Shown one piece after another: positions 1 to 13,221 of a stretch of 64,000 nt of DNA. The translations under genes were made by a program, and so were the position numbers. Source of the stretch: Ignavibacteriota bacterium (lineage in GTDB: Bacteria > Bacteroidota > Ignavibacteria > UBA10030 > CAVZMI01); the NCBI GenBank assembly GCA_963776275.1, contig CAVZMI010000018.1, positions 64,001 through 128,000 of the forward strand, written 5' to 3'. The notes below the pieces were generated by a model. That model was not told the origin of the DNA and searched no databases. It was given only the letters and a program-made list of their open reading frames with translations. Positions within the stretch are counted from its first letter, which is position 1. The number at the start of each line of letters is the position of its first letter.

Positions 1-651
1 GAGGTCAATTTTATCGAATGCGATATTTTTAAGTTTGTTGATCTCGTCTTCCATTACCGAGATGTTCTGGTCCAGTTCATCGATCAATTTTCGATCGTCA
101 CTGCTGAGTTTTTGTCGTGCGACGATATCGGTGCTGATTTTTATTGCTGCAAGAGGATTATTGAATTCGTGGCAAATTGTTACAATGAGTTCTTTTATTG
201 CTTCTGCACGTTTTTGGGTAATGAGCTTGTTTTTCTCCACCGCTGCAATTTGCCGCTTTAATTTCACACGCTCGAGAACGCTCAGCAGTGTCGATGGCAG
301 GATTGTCTCGGACATTTCTTCTTTGATAAGGTAGTCTTCAACGCCGAGTTTCATTACTTCTACTGCCAGACGGAAATCTTTATTTGAGGTCAGGAAGATG
401 ATCGGGGTATTGATGTTTCGGCTCCGGATTGTCTTTGTGATCTCGCTTCCGTTCATCTGGGGAAGGAAATAGTCCATCAATATGACATCGATACCCGGGT
501 TATGCTCGAGCTCTTCGAGTCCCTTTGCACCGTCTTCCTTCCAAATGATGTTGAACCGTCTGCCCTGATATTTCTTGAGATGCATCTGGGCGATTCGGAC
601 ATAGGCGATATCGTCGTCGATAATAAGGACGTTAACAGCCGGAGATTCCAT
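1..651 (-). CDS. Response regulator receiver + HisKA-domain protein (3' end runs off window)
   Basis: Manual translation from ATG at 651: MESPAVNVLIIDDD...VILMDYFLPQMNG...IIFLTS...DYLIK (REC), then ICHEFNNPLAAIK (H-box); no stop before position 1. Confidence 0.85.
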   Translation of the reverse strand, partial: MESPAVNVLIIDDDIAYVRIAQMHLKKYQGRRFNIIWKEDGAKGLEELEHNPGIDVILMDYFLPQMNGSEITKTIRSRNINTPIIFLTSNKDFRLAVEVMKLGVEDYLIKEEMSETILPSTLLSVLERVKLKRQIAAVEKNKLITQKRAEAIKELIVTICHEFNNPLAAIKISTDIVARQKLSSDDRKLIDELDQNISVMEDEINKLKNIAFDKIDL

Positions 652-860
652 AGGCACCTGTATCTAAGAGTGCTTTCTTTAAGTAATTGTAGGATTTCTC
701 TTGATGAATTGCAAGTAAAAAAATGCACTGCCAGCCGGTATTGCTTTTTTCCCGAACTTTCTCTATACTTTTGCAATAATGTCAGGTACAACTTGTATAC
801 AGGTATCATCGGTTGCCCCCACGTCATTAGATAAGAATGAAACTTACCCAAGGAACCTGA

Positions 861-1235
861 ATGGCGAATAAGAACAGGATTCTCGTTGTTGATGATGAAG
901 CCGCATTGAGAACCGTTCTGAGTTCAGAACTTCATACCGAAGGTTATATGGTGTCGACTGCTTCGGATGGCGATGAAGCGATAGAACTTCTCCAGGCACA
1001 TCCGATTGATTTAATCCTTCTCGACATTAAAATGCCGCGTGTCGATGGATTTCAAGTGTTGCGTCATGTCAAAGAGAAACTTCCTCAGGTGAAAGTTATT
1101 ATGCTGACGGGGTTCGCCGATCTCAAAAATGCAATTGAATCAAAAAAACTTGGCGCGGAGGATTTCATAAGCAAACCGTACGATCTGGTCGATCTACTCG
1201 CGACCATCGAGCGGGTTCTTACGAGCGGCTCATAA
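861..1235 (+). CDS. Single-domain response regulator (CheY-like receiver)
   Basis: ILVVDDE, LLDIKMP, MLTG and SKP receiver motifs; 124 aa. Confidence 0.92.
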   Translation: MANKNRILVVDDEAALRTVLSSELHTEGYMVSTASDGDEAIELLQAHPIDLILLDIKMPRVDGFQVLRHVKEKLPQVKVIMLTGFADLKNAIESKKLGAEDFISKPYDLVDLLATIERVLTSGS

Positions 1236-1259
1236 GAAACGAGAGGTGAACATCGCCGT

Positions 1260-2627
1260 ATGGCCCGACGAACCAGTATACTTATTGTCGATGATGAAGT
1301 CGCGCTCAGCCGACTGCTGAAGTCCGATCTGACGGAAGAATCGTATTATACAGTCGACCTCGCATCCGATGGGGCGGAAGCGATCAATCGCCTCCAGGAA
1401 CAGGTGTTCGATGTCGTTCTCCTTGATATTAAAATGCCCCGTGTGAGCGGCATCGAAGTGCTCAAGTTCATCAAAGAGTACTCTCCCTCCACGCAAGTCA
1501 TCATGCTCACAAACTATGCCGATGTCAAAACCGCAATTGAGACGACAAAGCTCGGTGCCTATGATTTCCTCAGTAAACCGTACGACTTCGACGAACTCAT
1601 CGCAACTATCGAACGTGCAGTTGAACGTAAACAGCTTACAATCGATAACACACTGATGCGCTCGGAACTTTCCCGAAAAACCGGAGTATCGGGAATTGTC
1701 GGGAAGAGCACATCTATCATCGGGGTAATCGAAAGCGCGAAAAAGATTGCGAAGAGTGATTCCTATGTTCTCATTCAGGGAGAAAGCGGGACCGGCAAAG
1801 AGCTCATTGCACATCTTATACATCAGTACAGCCAGCGCTCGGAACTTCCTTTCGTGCCGGTTAATTGCGCGTCAATTCCCGATTCACTTCTGGAAAGCGA
1901 ACTGTTCGGTCATGAAAAAGGGGCATTCACCAATGCCTATCAGATGAAGCAGGGACTCGTTGAAGTTGCAAACGGTGGCACACTTTTTCTCGATGAGGTC
2001 GGTGATATCAGTCCCACGATCCAGCCGAAACTTCTGCGATTTCTCGAAACGGGAGAATTCCGGCGGGTGGGCGGAACGGTAACAAGGAGGGTCGCGGTTC
2101 GTGTTGTTTCAGCTACGAATAAAGACCTCTCGGCCGAGGCGGCAGCAGGACGGTTCCGGAACGATCTGCTGTACCGATTGAATGTCGTACAAATTCTGGT
2201 TCCTCCCTTGCGTACTCGGATCCAGGACGTCCCTTTACTCGTTGAACATTTTCTCAGAGTGAAAGCGAAAACAAAAACAGAAATATCAATCAGTCTTGAA
2301 GCGATGGCCGTATTGATGAAGCACGACTGGCCCGGGAACGTCAGGGAATTGGAACACGTCCTCGAAGGTGCAATGATCCTTTCGCATTCCAATATAATCC
2401 AGGCGAGCGAGCTTATCTTGAGTGTCCAGAGACCGGAACAGCGATTCCCATCGTCACAACTTATGGCGAGTGGACAAAAAACTCTTGAGGATCTTGAAAA
2501 AGAGCATATCGTTCGGGTTCTCGAGACAAATAAATGGAATCGTGGAAAAACAGCCGAGATCCTTGGAATTACACCAAAGACGCTCTATTTAAAGATCAAA
2601 CGATATAAACTTAAAGAACCCTCATGA
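1260..2627 (+). CDS. Sigma-54-dependent response regulator, NtrC family
   Basis: REC domain, GESGTGKE Walker A, GAFTNA loop, LFLDEVG, WPGNVREL, C-terminal Fis-type HTH. Confidence 0.95.
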   Translation: MARRTSILIVDDEVALSRLLKSDLTEESYYTVDLASDGAEAINRLQEQVFDVVLLDIKMPRVSGIEVLKFIKEYSPSTQVIMLTNYADVKTAIETTKLGAYDFLSKPYDFDELIATIERAVERKQLTIDNTLMRSELSRKTGVSGIVGKSTSIIGVIESAKKIAKSDSYVLIQGESGTGKELIAHLIHQYSQRSELPFVPVNCASIPDSLLESELFGHEKGAFTNAYQMKQGLVEVANGGTLFLDEVGDISPTIQPKLLRFLETGEFRRVGGTVTRRVAVRVVSATNKDLSAEAAAGRFRNDLLYRLNVVQILVPPLRTRIQDVPLLVEHFLRVKAKTKTEISISLEAMAVLMKHDWPGNVRELEHVLEGAMILSHSNIIQASELILSVQRPEQRFPSSQLMASGQKTLEDLEKEHIVRVLETNKWNRGKTAEILGITPKTLYLKIKRYKLKEPS

Positions 2628-2824
2628 TGCATCGATCCTAAATCTCTTTACCTTCCGGTTTTTTCTAAAGTTTTTCTTCGGAAATACCGATAATTCTTAT
2701 AAGAAACGACTTGATCTAAATTACTTAAGTGCCGCTCCAATATAAATAATCATTTAAAAATTTTTTGAATGATAGTCAGAGCGGTAATAAGTAGTCTTAA
2801 AACCGACCATGGGACTCTTGTTCC

Positions 2825-5800
2825 ATGGAAGTACGGACGGACATTTCAATAATGAAATATATACAATCCTTAATCCATGTCTCGAGAGACATTACGCTTC
2901 GTATGACGTGGAAGATCGTTATAATTGTTCTGTTCTTTGTCGCTGGGGGATTCGCTCTCCATGCTCTATTATTTCACTTCTTGATTATCACTTCCGGATG
3001 GCAGATCGTTATCTCCATGTTATTTGTTGTCACGGTCGTACTTAGTGGTGTCTTTCTTCTGATTCGTATTTCCCAGATCGAGATCAAATCCCTTCTTGCC
3101 AGTGACATCGCAAAAGAACGAGAACGGCTGCACAGACTCAGCACAACCGTCACAGCCCAAACCTCATCTCTGTCGATGCAAGAACTGTCACGAACAATTG
3201 CCGATAACGCTCGAATTATATCAGGAGCATCCTCTATTTCAATCGGCCTTATAAATGCAAATCGTTCAACTGTCCATATTACACTTCTGTCGAGCGGAGA
3301 CGATGATTCACTTAAAAAGGCTATTGAAGGCACCGGAGTCGATCCTGCAAATCTTGAGTGTTCGATGGGAGAGAGGACGCTTCTAGAAAAGATTGCAGAG
3401 GAACGTGTTCTATGGAGTTCGAGTGATCCGACTGTCTTTTTCTCGGCGTTGCTTCCCGAAAAGGTCGGCGCTGAGATTCGGCGTATTTCAAATATGAGAC
3501 ACGTGGTCATCGTCCCTATGTCAATTGAGGGTGCGAAATTAATCGGTTTTATGATTTATTTGTTCGACGGGGAGATCTGCGATGTCGATCTTCTTGAATT
3601 TTTCGGAAATCAGTATGCTCAGGCGATTGAGAAATTCCGGATGCTCGATGAAATCCGGCAGTATTCTACGCATCTGGAAGAGCTTGTTGAACGAAAAACG
3701 CGCGAGCTTCAAACGTCAGAGAACCAACTGAGCGATTTCCTGCAGAATATGAGCGATCTTGCCCTTGCACTCGACCCGGATGGACGGATCGTTTTCGCAA
3801 ATCGCAAGTTTGAGACCTTTGCCGGGAGCGATATTCCTCCGGGACCCGTTATTGACGGATTTCTTATCTCCCGAAAGCATCGAAATCACAATGTCAAATC
3901 TGAATGATGTCTGTCGGGGTTATCCGCGTGAATTTACAGTAACGTTCAAAGCGCGGAAGTCCATTGCACATGTGAAGGCAAGCCCACGGTTCGACAGCCT
4001 GGGGCGTGTAGTACAGGTTTTCGCGATTGCACGCGATGTCACCGAGACAGTCGAAATGGAAAAGCGTATTCATCAGTATGCAAAGGAACTGGAAATACTG
4101 GTCAACGAGCGCACTGCGCGGCTGCGTCGTTCGGAAGAACATTACCGGTTGATTGTTGAGAACATTCATGATAAGGTGTTTATCCTCGATGCAAAAGGGA
4201 AATATACATATGTCAGCCCAAGCTGTGCGATGTTGAGCGGGTATACGGTTGATGAGTACATATCAGGAGCCGTTTCTCTCAAAGATTATATTTATCACGA
4301 GGATTATGATCGGGTTATAACGCTTCTTGCGAAAGCACTTGCCCTGGGTGAGCCCCGCAACGATGTCGAATGCCGCGTGGTTCATAAGAATGGTGAGATT
4401 ATTTGGGTATCGATGAGCTGGGCGGTCGTACGCAATCATAACGGAGAACCTGTTGGTGTGGAGGGCGTCGAGCGTGATATCACGGCGCGAAAATATGCTG
4501 AAGAACAGGTCGCGATGTTCGCCCGGGCGGTAGAGAGCATTCACGAAGTCGTGATGGTACTGGATCTCAAGGGTAAGTGTATCTATGCCAATGAAGCGGC
4601 ATCGGATTTGCTCGGGTATCAAGTCGATGAACTTCGCGGGATGAATTTCTCGCTCTTCTTTTCACATGAAGACCGTGTGGGGATTGACACCGATATTCTG
4701 ACACAGGCGCAGGAGTCGAATTGGGAAGGCGAAGTTACAATGTCGAAAAAAGATGGAGGCCGGTGTTCGATGTATATGGTCGCCTCGCCCATCCGTGGAA
4801 CAGCAGGACATCCGACTGCCATCGTCGCCATAGCACGGGATATCAGTCAACAACATGCACTTGAACTGCATCGTGAGCTTCTCCTCCAGGCCTCACGGAT
4901 CAGTAATGAGACCGAAGAAGCCCCACTATTCTGTCATAAGGTATGTGCGTTAATTGCGAAAGATGGACTGTATACTGTCGCTGCTGTTCATCGTTATGAG
5001 GCCGAGAAATCAACTCTGGAACTCTGTTCGATTTCCGGCGATGAATTGCATCGAGCCGAGATTGCTCAGTCATACTCGATCATGGATGGGAATGGCTCAG
5101 AGTCCCTCCCATGGATCCGTGCGGTCCGGACACGTCAACCCGTTCTTGACGGCCCGATTATCTCCATTCCGCTGATCGCAGAAGAGAGTCTTATCGGTAC
5201 ATTGACACTGGTCGAATCACCGCTACAAAAGCGGATTGACCAGAATATTAACATGCTCTATCTGCTGGCAAATGATATAGCGATTTCGATATCGAAAAAG
5301 CAACTGATAAAGCAGCTGTCACATCGAACAACCGAACTGACTACTCTCAACGAGATCAGCACGGTCGTCGCTGGGACGCTTGATCCGCAAAAGGTCTATG
5401 AGCGAATCTATACGGCTATCAGCGAGTTGTTCCCGGTCGATGCTTTTTATATCCGGATCTACCGACCTAAACACCACACTCTTGAGTGGGCGATTCTTGT
5501 CGATACAGTCGATGGTGTGCGGCGTATCCTTCCGACATCGGAGTTGAGTTCAAGTTATGGCGCAACCGTCGAAATGGTGATGCGCGAACGGAAGCCGCTT
5601 CTGGAAATAGGCGTTCCCTCCAATCGTCGTACATCTGGGACTGAAAAATATATAGATGATGAACGACATGCACCGTCGACAATGCTGGTACCAATGATTG
5701 CGCGTGATAAGGTTGTCGGAATTATGTCGATACAGAGCTATACCGAAAATGCGTATTCACATAGCGATATCATACTGCTTCAGAATATTGCCAACCAGTT

Positions 5801-7412
5801 GACGTCGGCGATCGAAAATGCAGAGCTAGTAAACGGTTTGGAGAATGCCCTCAGGGAACAGCGCCAGCTTCTCATTGAGCTTCAACGCACAAACCAGAAT
5901 TTGAAAGAACAGAGGGAACAGGCCGAAAAAGCTAATAAAGTGAAAACAGAGTTTCTCGCCAATATGAGCCATGAACTGCGGACACCGCTGAACGCAATTA
6001 TAGGCTTTAGTGAAATTCTCATCGCTGATTATGCGACATGCTCGAAAGATGTAATTGAAGAATTTTTAGAGAATATACGTAAAAGCGGAAAACACTTACT
6101 CCATCTTATTAACGACGTTCTCGATATTTCGAAGGTTGAAAGCGGAAAAATGGAATTACGATTGGCCGATTGCGACCTGCTGGAAATGATGGAAGATGTC
6201 CGTGGCACCATGAAACCAATTGCAGATCGGAAAGAAGTCCATATCGTAACAGAATACAATGCCCGTATCAAGACGGCCTATGTCGACCAGCAAAAATTCA
6301 AGCAAATACTCTTCAATCTTCTTTCGAACGCCGTCAAATTCAGTCACAATGCAGGGATTGTCGTCGTTCGGACGGATGTTGTCGACGAGATGCTCGAGGT
6401 AACGATCGAAGATCATGGAATCGGGATCAAACCGGAAGATCAGAAAAGACTTTTTAAGGCATTTCAACAGGTCGATAGTTCCTATTCGCGAAAATATCAA
6501 GGATCGGGACTCGGTCTTGCCCTTGCAAAAACCCTCGTTGAGTTACACGGAGGCGCGATCTCGGTCGACAGCGAATCTGGAAAAGGGGCAACGTTCCGGT
6601 TCAGGATTCCAATGGGGACGCGATCGGTCGATATCCAGAAAAATGTGCCGGCAAGTGCACCTCTCGTGCTTGTCGTCGAGGATACTCCGGAAGTTGCCCG
6701 TCTTCTTGAGGTCTATCTGAGCGAAGGTGGGTATAGGGTCGCTATTGCAACGAATGGGGTCCAGGCGGTCGACAAAGCAAAAGAGTTACTGCCCCACGCG
6801 ATCACACTCGACGTTATGCTGCCGCTGAAAGATGGATGGAGTGTGCTTCGTGACTTGAAATCGGATGAGGCGACGAAACAAATCCCGGTGATTATGATCT
6901 CGATTATCGACGATAAGCAACGAGGATACAGTCTGGGAGCAGTCGATTATCTGGTCAAGCCGGTCGAACGGCGACAACTCCTTTATCGGCTAAGCATGCT
7001 CGGCCTTGATGCCCGCGTGAATCGAATCTCAACCGTGGTGATCGACTCGGAGACGGAAGCGCAATCACATATGAAGCGAATACTTAGCGAAGGACACTTC
7101 AACGTCGCAGGTGCGTTATCAGGCGAAGAGGGAATACAGCTTGTCAAGGAAAAGAAACCGGCTATTATTATTCTAGATTTTCTTCTGAAAGATATGGCAT
7201 GTTTTGATGTGGTCCAAATTCTCAAGAAAGACTCAAAAATGAAAAACATACCAATCATTCTAACAACACATGCCGATCTCACGCCTGACGAAAAGGCGCG
7301 GATCAGTGATGGAGTCGATGCGATAATAAAGAAAAATGCATTTTCACGAGATGAACTCTTTCGAGAAATAAGACGGTTGATCGAAGGAGAACAGGTCAGT
7401 GCAACAAAATAA
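2825..7412 (+). CDS. Membrane hybrid sensor histidine kinase (TM-GAF-PAS x3-GAF x2-HisKA-HATPase-REC x2), split by a frameshift near 3835-3850
   Basis: ORF 2825-3907 ends inside a PAS domain ([16 protein letters not shown]) that continues in ORF 3759-7412 (LTDFLSPES...IARDVTE); [29 protein letters not shown], two receivers. Confidence 0.88.
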
Positions 7413-7468
7413 ATGTTATTCGGGGGAAGAAACAACAACAGGGATTAATTCAGGAGAGGGGAGAGAAT

Positions 7469-7834
7469 ATGAAAATACTGGTCGTTGAAGACAACTTGAT
7501 GAACCGACAACTCGCAGGGTATCTACTGCGAAAAGTAGGAATTGAAACGGCCGAAGTGGAATCGGGTGAAGAAGCACTCGCCTGGCTCGAAGAACATGCC
7601 GCCGAGATCGCACTACTGGATATCCAGCTTCCGGAAATGGACGGCGTCGAGGTGCTGCGGCGAATTCGTATAAACGAGAATTGGCGTGATATGACCGTTA
7701 TCGCATTGACCGCTTATTCAATGCAGGGAGATAAAGAACGATTTGAAGCAGTCGGGTTCGACGGCTATATCGCAAAACCGATTGACTCGAAGACATTCGT
7801 TCAATCCATTCTCCAGGTGAATTATCATCACTGA
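7469..7834 (+). CDS. Single-domain response regulator (DivK/CheY-like)
   Basis: KILVVEDN, LLDIQLPEMDG, IALTA, YIAKP. Confidence 0.92.
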   Translation: MKILVVEDNLMNRQLAGYLLRKVGIETAEVESGEEALAWLEEHAAEIALLDIQLPEMDGVEVLRRIRINENWRDMTVIALTAYSMQGDKERFEAVGFDGYIAKPIDSKTFVQSILQVNYHH

Positions 7835-7982
7835 AATATCGGCGCGTTGATCCTATCTTTACAGTGTACGACGGAGGGATAATCTTCGAGCGAAGTAATA
7901 CGATTTTGCATTTATGGTGTAACTTTTTCGGGCTGTCACAGTATAATAAAGCGACAAGCAAGAAAACTCTCCTTCTTAGAGT

Positions 7983-8027
7983 CAGCCTGCTGGAGGTTTC
8001 TAAAGCCACAGCAGGCTGTTTTATTTC
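7983..8027 (+). terminator. Rho-independent terminator-like hairpin
   Basis: CAGCCTGCTG (7983-7992) / CAGCAGGCTG (8009-8018) perfect 10-bp stem followed by TTTTATTT. Confidence 0.6.
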
Positions 8028-8162
8028 ATCCATTCCTTGACTTTGCCTCAATTTTTCCCTAATTTTTCTATTCATTTGAACGAAAATCGAGTCAGGTGTC
8101 TATTTTTGGCGACATAAACCAGACTGTTCCGTAGTTTTCCATACTTTCCTGAGGTCTCCACA

Positions 8163-9332
8163 ATGTCGAAATTTCAGGGGGTCGATTATTTCCAGATGAA
8201 TTCACTCCTCTCAGGAGATGAAATCCTTGTACGAGATACGAGCCGGGCATTTGTGGAGGACAGAATTATACCGATCATCGAACACCATAACAGAGCGGGT
8301 ACATTCCCGATCCACCTCGTTTCAGAAATGGCGGACATTGGAGTATTCGGAGCGACACTACCCGAAAAATATGGTTGTGCCGGATTGAATAATGTCGCGT
8401 ACGGTTTGATGATGCAGGAATTAGAACGCGGTGACAGTGGTGTCCGGAGTTTTGCATCAGTACAGAATGCTCTTGTAATGTATCCCATCTTCACGTTCGG
8501 CTCTGAGGAACAGAAAGACACCTGGCTTCCGAAACTTGCAAAAGGCGAAGCGATCGGATGTTTCGGATTGACGGAACCTGATTATGGATCGAATCCTGGG
8601 GGAATAATTACGCGGGCTGAGAAGGTTTCAGGTGGTTACAAGCTCAACGGCGCAAAGATGTGGATAACCAACGGAACGATTGCAGATATCGCCGTTGTCT
8701 GGGCGAAACTTGACGGGGTAATTCACGGTTTCCTTATTGAGAAAGGGACACAGGGATATAGTGCTCCGGAGATGAAAGGTAAACATTCATTGAGAGCTTC
8801 CGTCACCTCGGAGCTTGTGTTCCAAGACTGTGTCATTCCGGAAAAGAATCGTTTGCCGCTGACAAGCGGGTTGAAGTCTGCCTTGATGTGCTTGAATCAG
8901 GCCCGGTATGGAATTGCATGGGGTGTAATCGGTGCAGCAATGGCATGTTATGAATCTGCTTTGAATTATGCAAAGACCCGGATTCAATTCGACAAACCCA
9001 TCGCCGCATTCCAGATAACACAGGAAAAGCTTGTGTATATGCTCACCGAAATCACAAAAGCACAGCTTCTATGTCTGCAGCTCGGCCGTTTGAAGGACAA
9101 GGGTGCGCTGCGCTATCAGCAGGTTTCGCTCGCAAAACGGAATAACGTTCAACAGGCGCTTGAGATAGCGCGGGTTGCTCGGGAGATCCTCGGCGCCAAT
9201 GGTATTCTCGATGAGTATCCGGTTATGCGTCATAGTGCAAATCTTGAATCGGTAAAAACATATGAAGGCACTCATGAAATGCACACGCTCATTGTCGGGG
9301 AGGATATTACAGGGATTGCTGCCTTCTCCTGA
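8163..9332 (+). CDS. gcdH: Acyl-CoA dehydrogenase, glutaryl-CoA dehydrogenase type
   Basis: ELERGDSGVRS, GCFGLTEPDYGSNPG, GAKMWITNG, TYEGTHEMH motifs. Confidence 0.85.
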   Translation: MSKFQGVDYFQMNSLLSGDEILVRDTSRAFVEDRIIPIIEHHNRAGTFPIHLVSEMADIGVFGATLPEKYGCAGLNNVAYGLMMQELERGDSGVRSFASVQNALVMYPIFTFGSEEQKDTWLPKLAKGEAIGCFGLTEPDYGSNPGGIITRAEKVSGGYKLNGAKMWITNGTIADIAVVWAKLDGVIHGFLIEKGTQGYSAPEMKGKHSLRASVTSELVFQDCVIPEKNRLPLTSGLKSALMCLNQARYGIAWGVIGAAMACYESALNYAKTRIQFDKPIAAFQITQEKLVYMLTEITKAQLLCLQLGRLKDKGALRYQQVSLAKRNNVQQALEIARVAREILGANGILDEYPVMRHSANLESVKTYEGTHEMHTLIVGEDITGIAAFS

Positions 9333-9359
9333 AGAGTTGGTGCCAATTATTTGGAATGA

Positions 9360-10835
<1,476 letters not shown>

Positions 10836-10841
10836 CCTTTC

Positions 10842-11909
10842 ATGAAGTATCGTCTTTCGAAAGTGCAGTCCACCCTTACTTCCTTGGGGCTTGATGGATT
10901 TCTTGTCACATTTCTTCCTCATATCCGTTATCTCACCGGATTCACAGGCTCGAATGCAATTCTTTTCTATAATAGTCGTCGCTGGTATTTTCTTACGGAT
11001 GCACGATATCGGGTTCAAGGTGAAGCTGAAGTGAAGGAATGCAAAGTGATTATTTCGAGCCGTGGGAGCATCGAGGAGCTTCAGAAACGGAATCTTATGA
11101 GGGGAGTCCGTACGCTGGGCATCGACGAATGCTCGATGTCGTTAGCCACATTTAAAACAATAAAGAGGTGCTTTTCGAAGCTCCGGTTTCGTTCGGTTGA
11201 CAACCTGATTGAAAACCTAGCAATCATAAAAAATAAGAATGAGATTGAGAAAATCCGGAAGGCAGTAAATATATCGGACGCGGTTTTTTCCGAAATCCTT
11301 CCGTTCCTTAAAGCCGGAACCCGCGAGTGTGATATAGCAGCTGAAATAACATATCGGGTGAGAATCCACGGTGCGGAAGGCGAGAGTTTTGATCCGATCG
11401 TCGCAAGCGGATTCCGGAGTGCATATCCGCACGCACGTGCCTCAACAAAAAAAATACGAACAGGAGAATTCGTTCTAATCGACTTCGGCTCAAGATATCG
11501 TGGTTATCACTCCGATATTACCCGGACTGTTCATGTCGGAGTGCCGTCATCACGACGCAGGAAACTCTATCAAGCGGTACTTGACGCCCAGGAACGTGCA
11601 ATGGAAAAAGCACGGGCAGGAATACCGGCGATGGAAGTCGACCGTGTTGCCCGGGAATCTCTTACAAACGATGGGCTTGCGAACTATTTTATTCATCCGG
11701 TCGGGCACGGCATCGGCATGCAGGTTCATGAATCACCGATTATTTCTTCGAATAATCCGTACCGCCTTGCGGTGGGAAATGTTGTCACGATCGAACCAGC
11801 TGTGTACGTTCCGGGCGTGGGTGGAATCCGAATTGAAGATGATATCGTCATTCAGAAAAATTGCTGCCGTATTTTAAGCACATCTCCGAAACATTTGATT
11901 ATCATATAG
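10842..11909 (+). CDS. Xaa-Pro peptidase, M24B family
   Basis: YLTGFTGS, DFG...SDITRT, HPVGHGIGMQVHE, TIEP, RIEDD metal ligands. Confidence 0.92.
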   Translation: MKYRLSKVQSTLTSLGLDGFLVTFLPHIRYLTGFTGSNAILFYNSRRWYFLTDARYRVQGEAEVKECKVIISSRGSIEELQKRNLMRGVRTLGIDECSMSLATFKTIKRCFSKLRFRSVDNLIENLAIIKNKNEIEKIRKAVNISDAVFSEILPFLKAGTRECDIAAEITYRVRIHGAEGESFDPIVASGFRSAYPHARASTKKIRTGEFVLIDFGSRYRGYHSDITRTVHVGVPSSRRRKLYQAVLDAQERAMEKARAGIPAMEVDRVARESLTNDGLANYFIHPVGHGIGMQVHESPIISSNNPYRLAVGNVVTIEPAVYVPGVGGIRIEDDIVIQKNCCRILSTSPKHLIII

Positions 11910-11916
11910 ACGCTTC

Positions 11917-13221
11917 ATGAAGAATATATTAATCGTTGCTTACTATTTCCCGCCGATGGGACTCAGCGGAGTCCAGCGTACGCTGAAATTTGCCAAATAT
12001 CTTCCGCAATTCGGCTGGCAGCCGACGGTGCTGACTGTCGCTCCGACTGGATATTATGCTCATGATCTTTCGCTCCTCGAAGAAGCGCAAGCTGCGGGCA
12101 TATCGATTGTCAGAACGAGATCGCTTGATCTTAATCGGTTGCTCTCCCGAAAAGGAACCATCGAGATTCCGCACGAAAAAATTCGGGCGTTGCTTAGCAT
12201 AATAAGTCAGATTTTCTTTATTCCGGACAATAAAATTGGATGGAGAAAAAGGGCGATTAGAAAAGCAGAGGAACTGATACAGCAACAGGAGTTTTCTGTT
12301 ATATTTGCAACTGCGCCTCCTTATACAGATTTTCTCATTGGGCGATATCTCAGGGAAAAATATCATATCCCGATGGTGATCGATTATAGGGATTCCTGGT
12401 ACGATAACCCGGCGCATTTCTACTCTACACCTCTCCATATGCTTGCACACAGGCAACTTGAAAAAAGAGTTTTGAAAAGCGCCGACAGGATTATCGTTAT
12501 CAATAGACGTATCAAGGAGCTTCTCCTCAAGCGGTACGAATTTCTACGGTACAATGAAATTGAAATTATACCTCAGGGATTCGACCCTGCAGATTTTAAT
12601 CTCCAGCCAAAGGCCGTGCTGCCGAAATCGAAAAAGATGCGCTTCACCTATTCCGGTACCTTTAATGGCGGCCGGACTCCGAAATATTTTCTCGAAGCAC
12701 TGGCGAAAGTATTCCGCGAACATCCGAAACTCCGGGGATCGATCGAGGCGTGTTTCATGGGAGCCTTCAGAGAAGAAAATAAAAAATATATTCAACAATT
12801 AAACCTGCAGGACGACGTAGTAATTCTTGGATATCTCGATCATACCGAATGTACAAAATATCTCCTCGCGTCGGATGTTCTCTGGATGATGTTGAGTAAA
12901 TCGAAAGGATCCGACATGATATCAACCGGCAAGCTCTATGAGTACATCGGAGCAGGGAAACCGATCTTTGGATGCGTCCCCGACGGCGTTGCACGCCAGA
13001 CCATTCTCGAAGCCGGAGGTGTTGTTGTCGATCCCACCGATGTTGACGGAATTGCCGATGCGATCCTTGATTTCTATGAAAAATATAAGAAAAAAGAGTT
13101 GACGGTTCCATCGGAAGAGGTCGTTAAGCGTCATGATAGAGTCTTTCTTGCAGGAGAAGTCGCACGGTTGATGGAATTCCTTGTCGACTATTCCCACCAA
13201 ATAGAAAAGGTCTCGGTATGA
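11917..13221 (+). CDS. Glycosyltransferase family 4
   Basis: IVAYYFPPMGLSGVQR, DYRDSW, GKLYEYIGAGKPI. Confidence 0.88.
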   Translation: MKNILIVAYYFPPMGLSGVQRTLKFAKYLPQFGWQPTVLTVAPTGYYAHDLSLLEEAQAAGISIVRTRSLDLNRLLSRKGTIEIPHEKIRALLSIISQIFFIPDNKIGWRKRAIRKAEELIQQQEFSVIFATAPPYTDFLIGRYLREKYHIPMVIDYRDSWYDNPAHFYSTPLHMLAHRQLEKRVLKSADRIIVINRRIKELLLKRYEFLRYNEIEIIPQGFDPADFNLQPKAVLPKSKKMRFTYSGTFNGGRTPKYFLEALAKVFREHPKLRGSIEACFMGAFREENKKYIQQLNLQDDVVILGYLDHTECTKYLLASDVLWMMLSKSKGSDMISTGKLYEYIGAGKPIFGCVPDGVARQTILEAGGVVVDPTDVDGIADAILDFYEKYKKKELTVPSEEVVKRHDRVFLAGEVARLMEFLVDYSHQIEKVSV

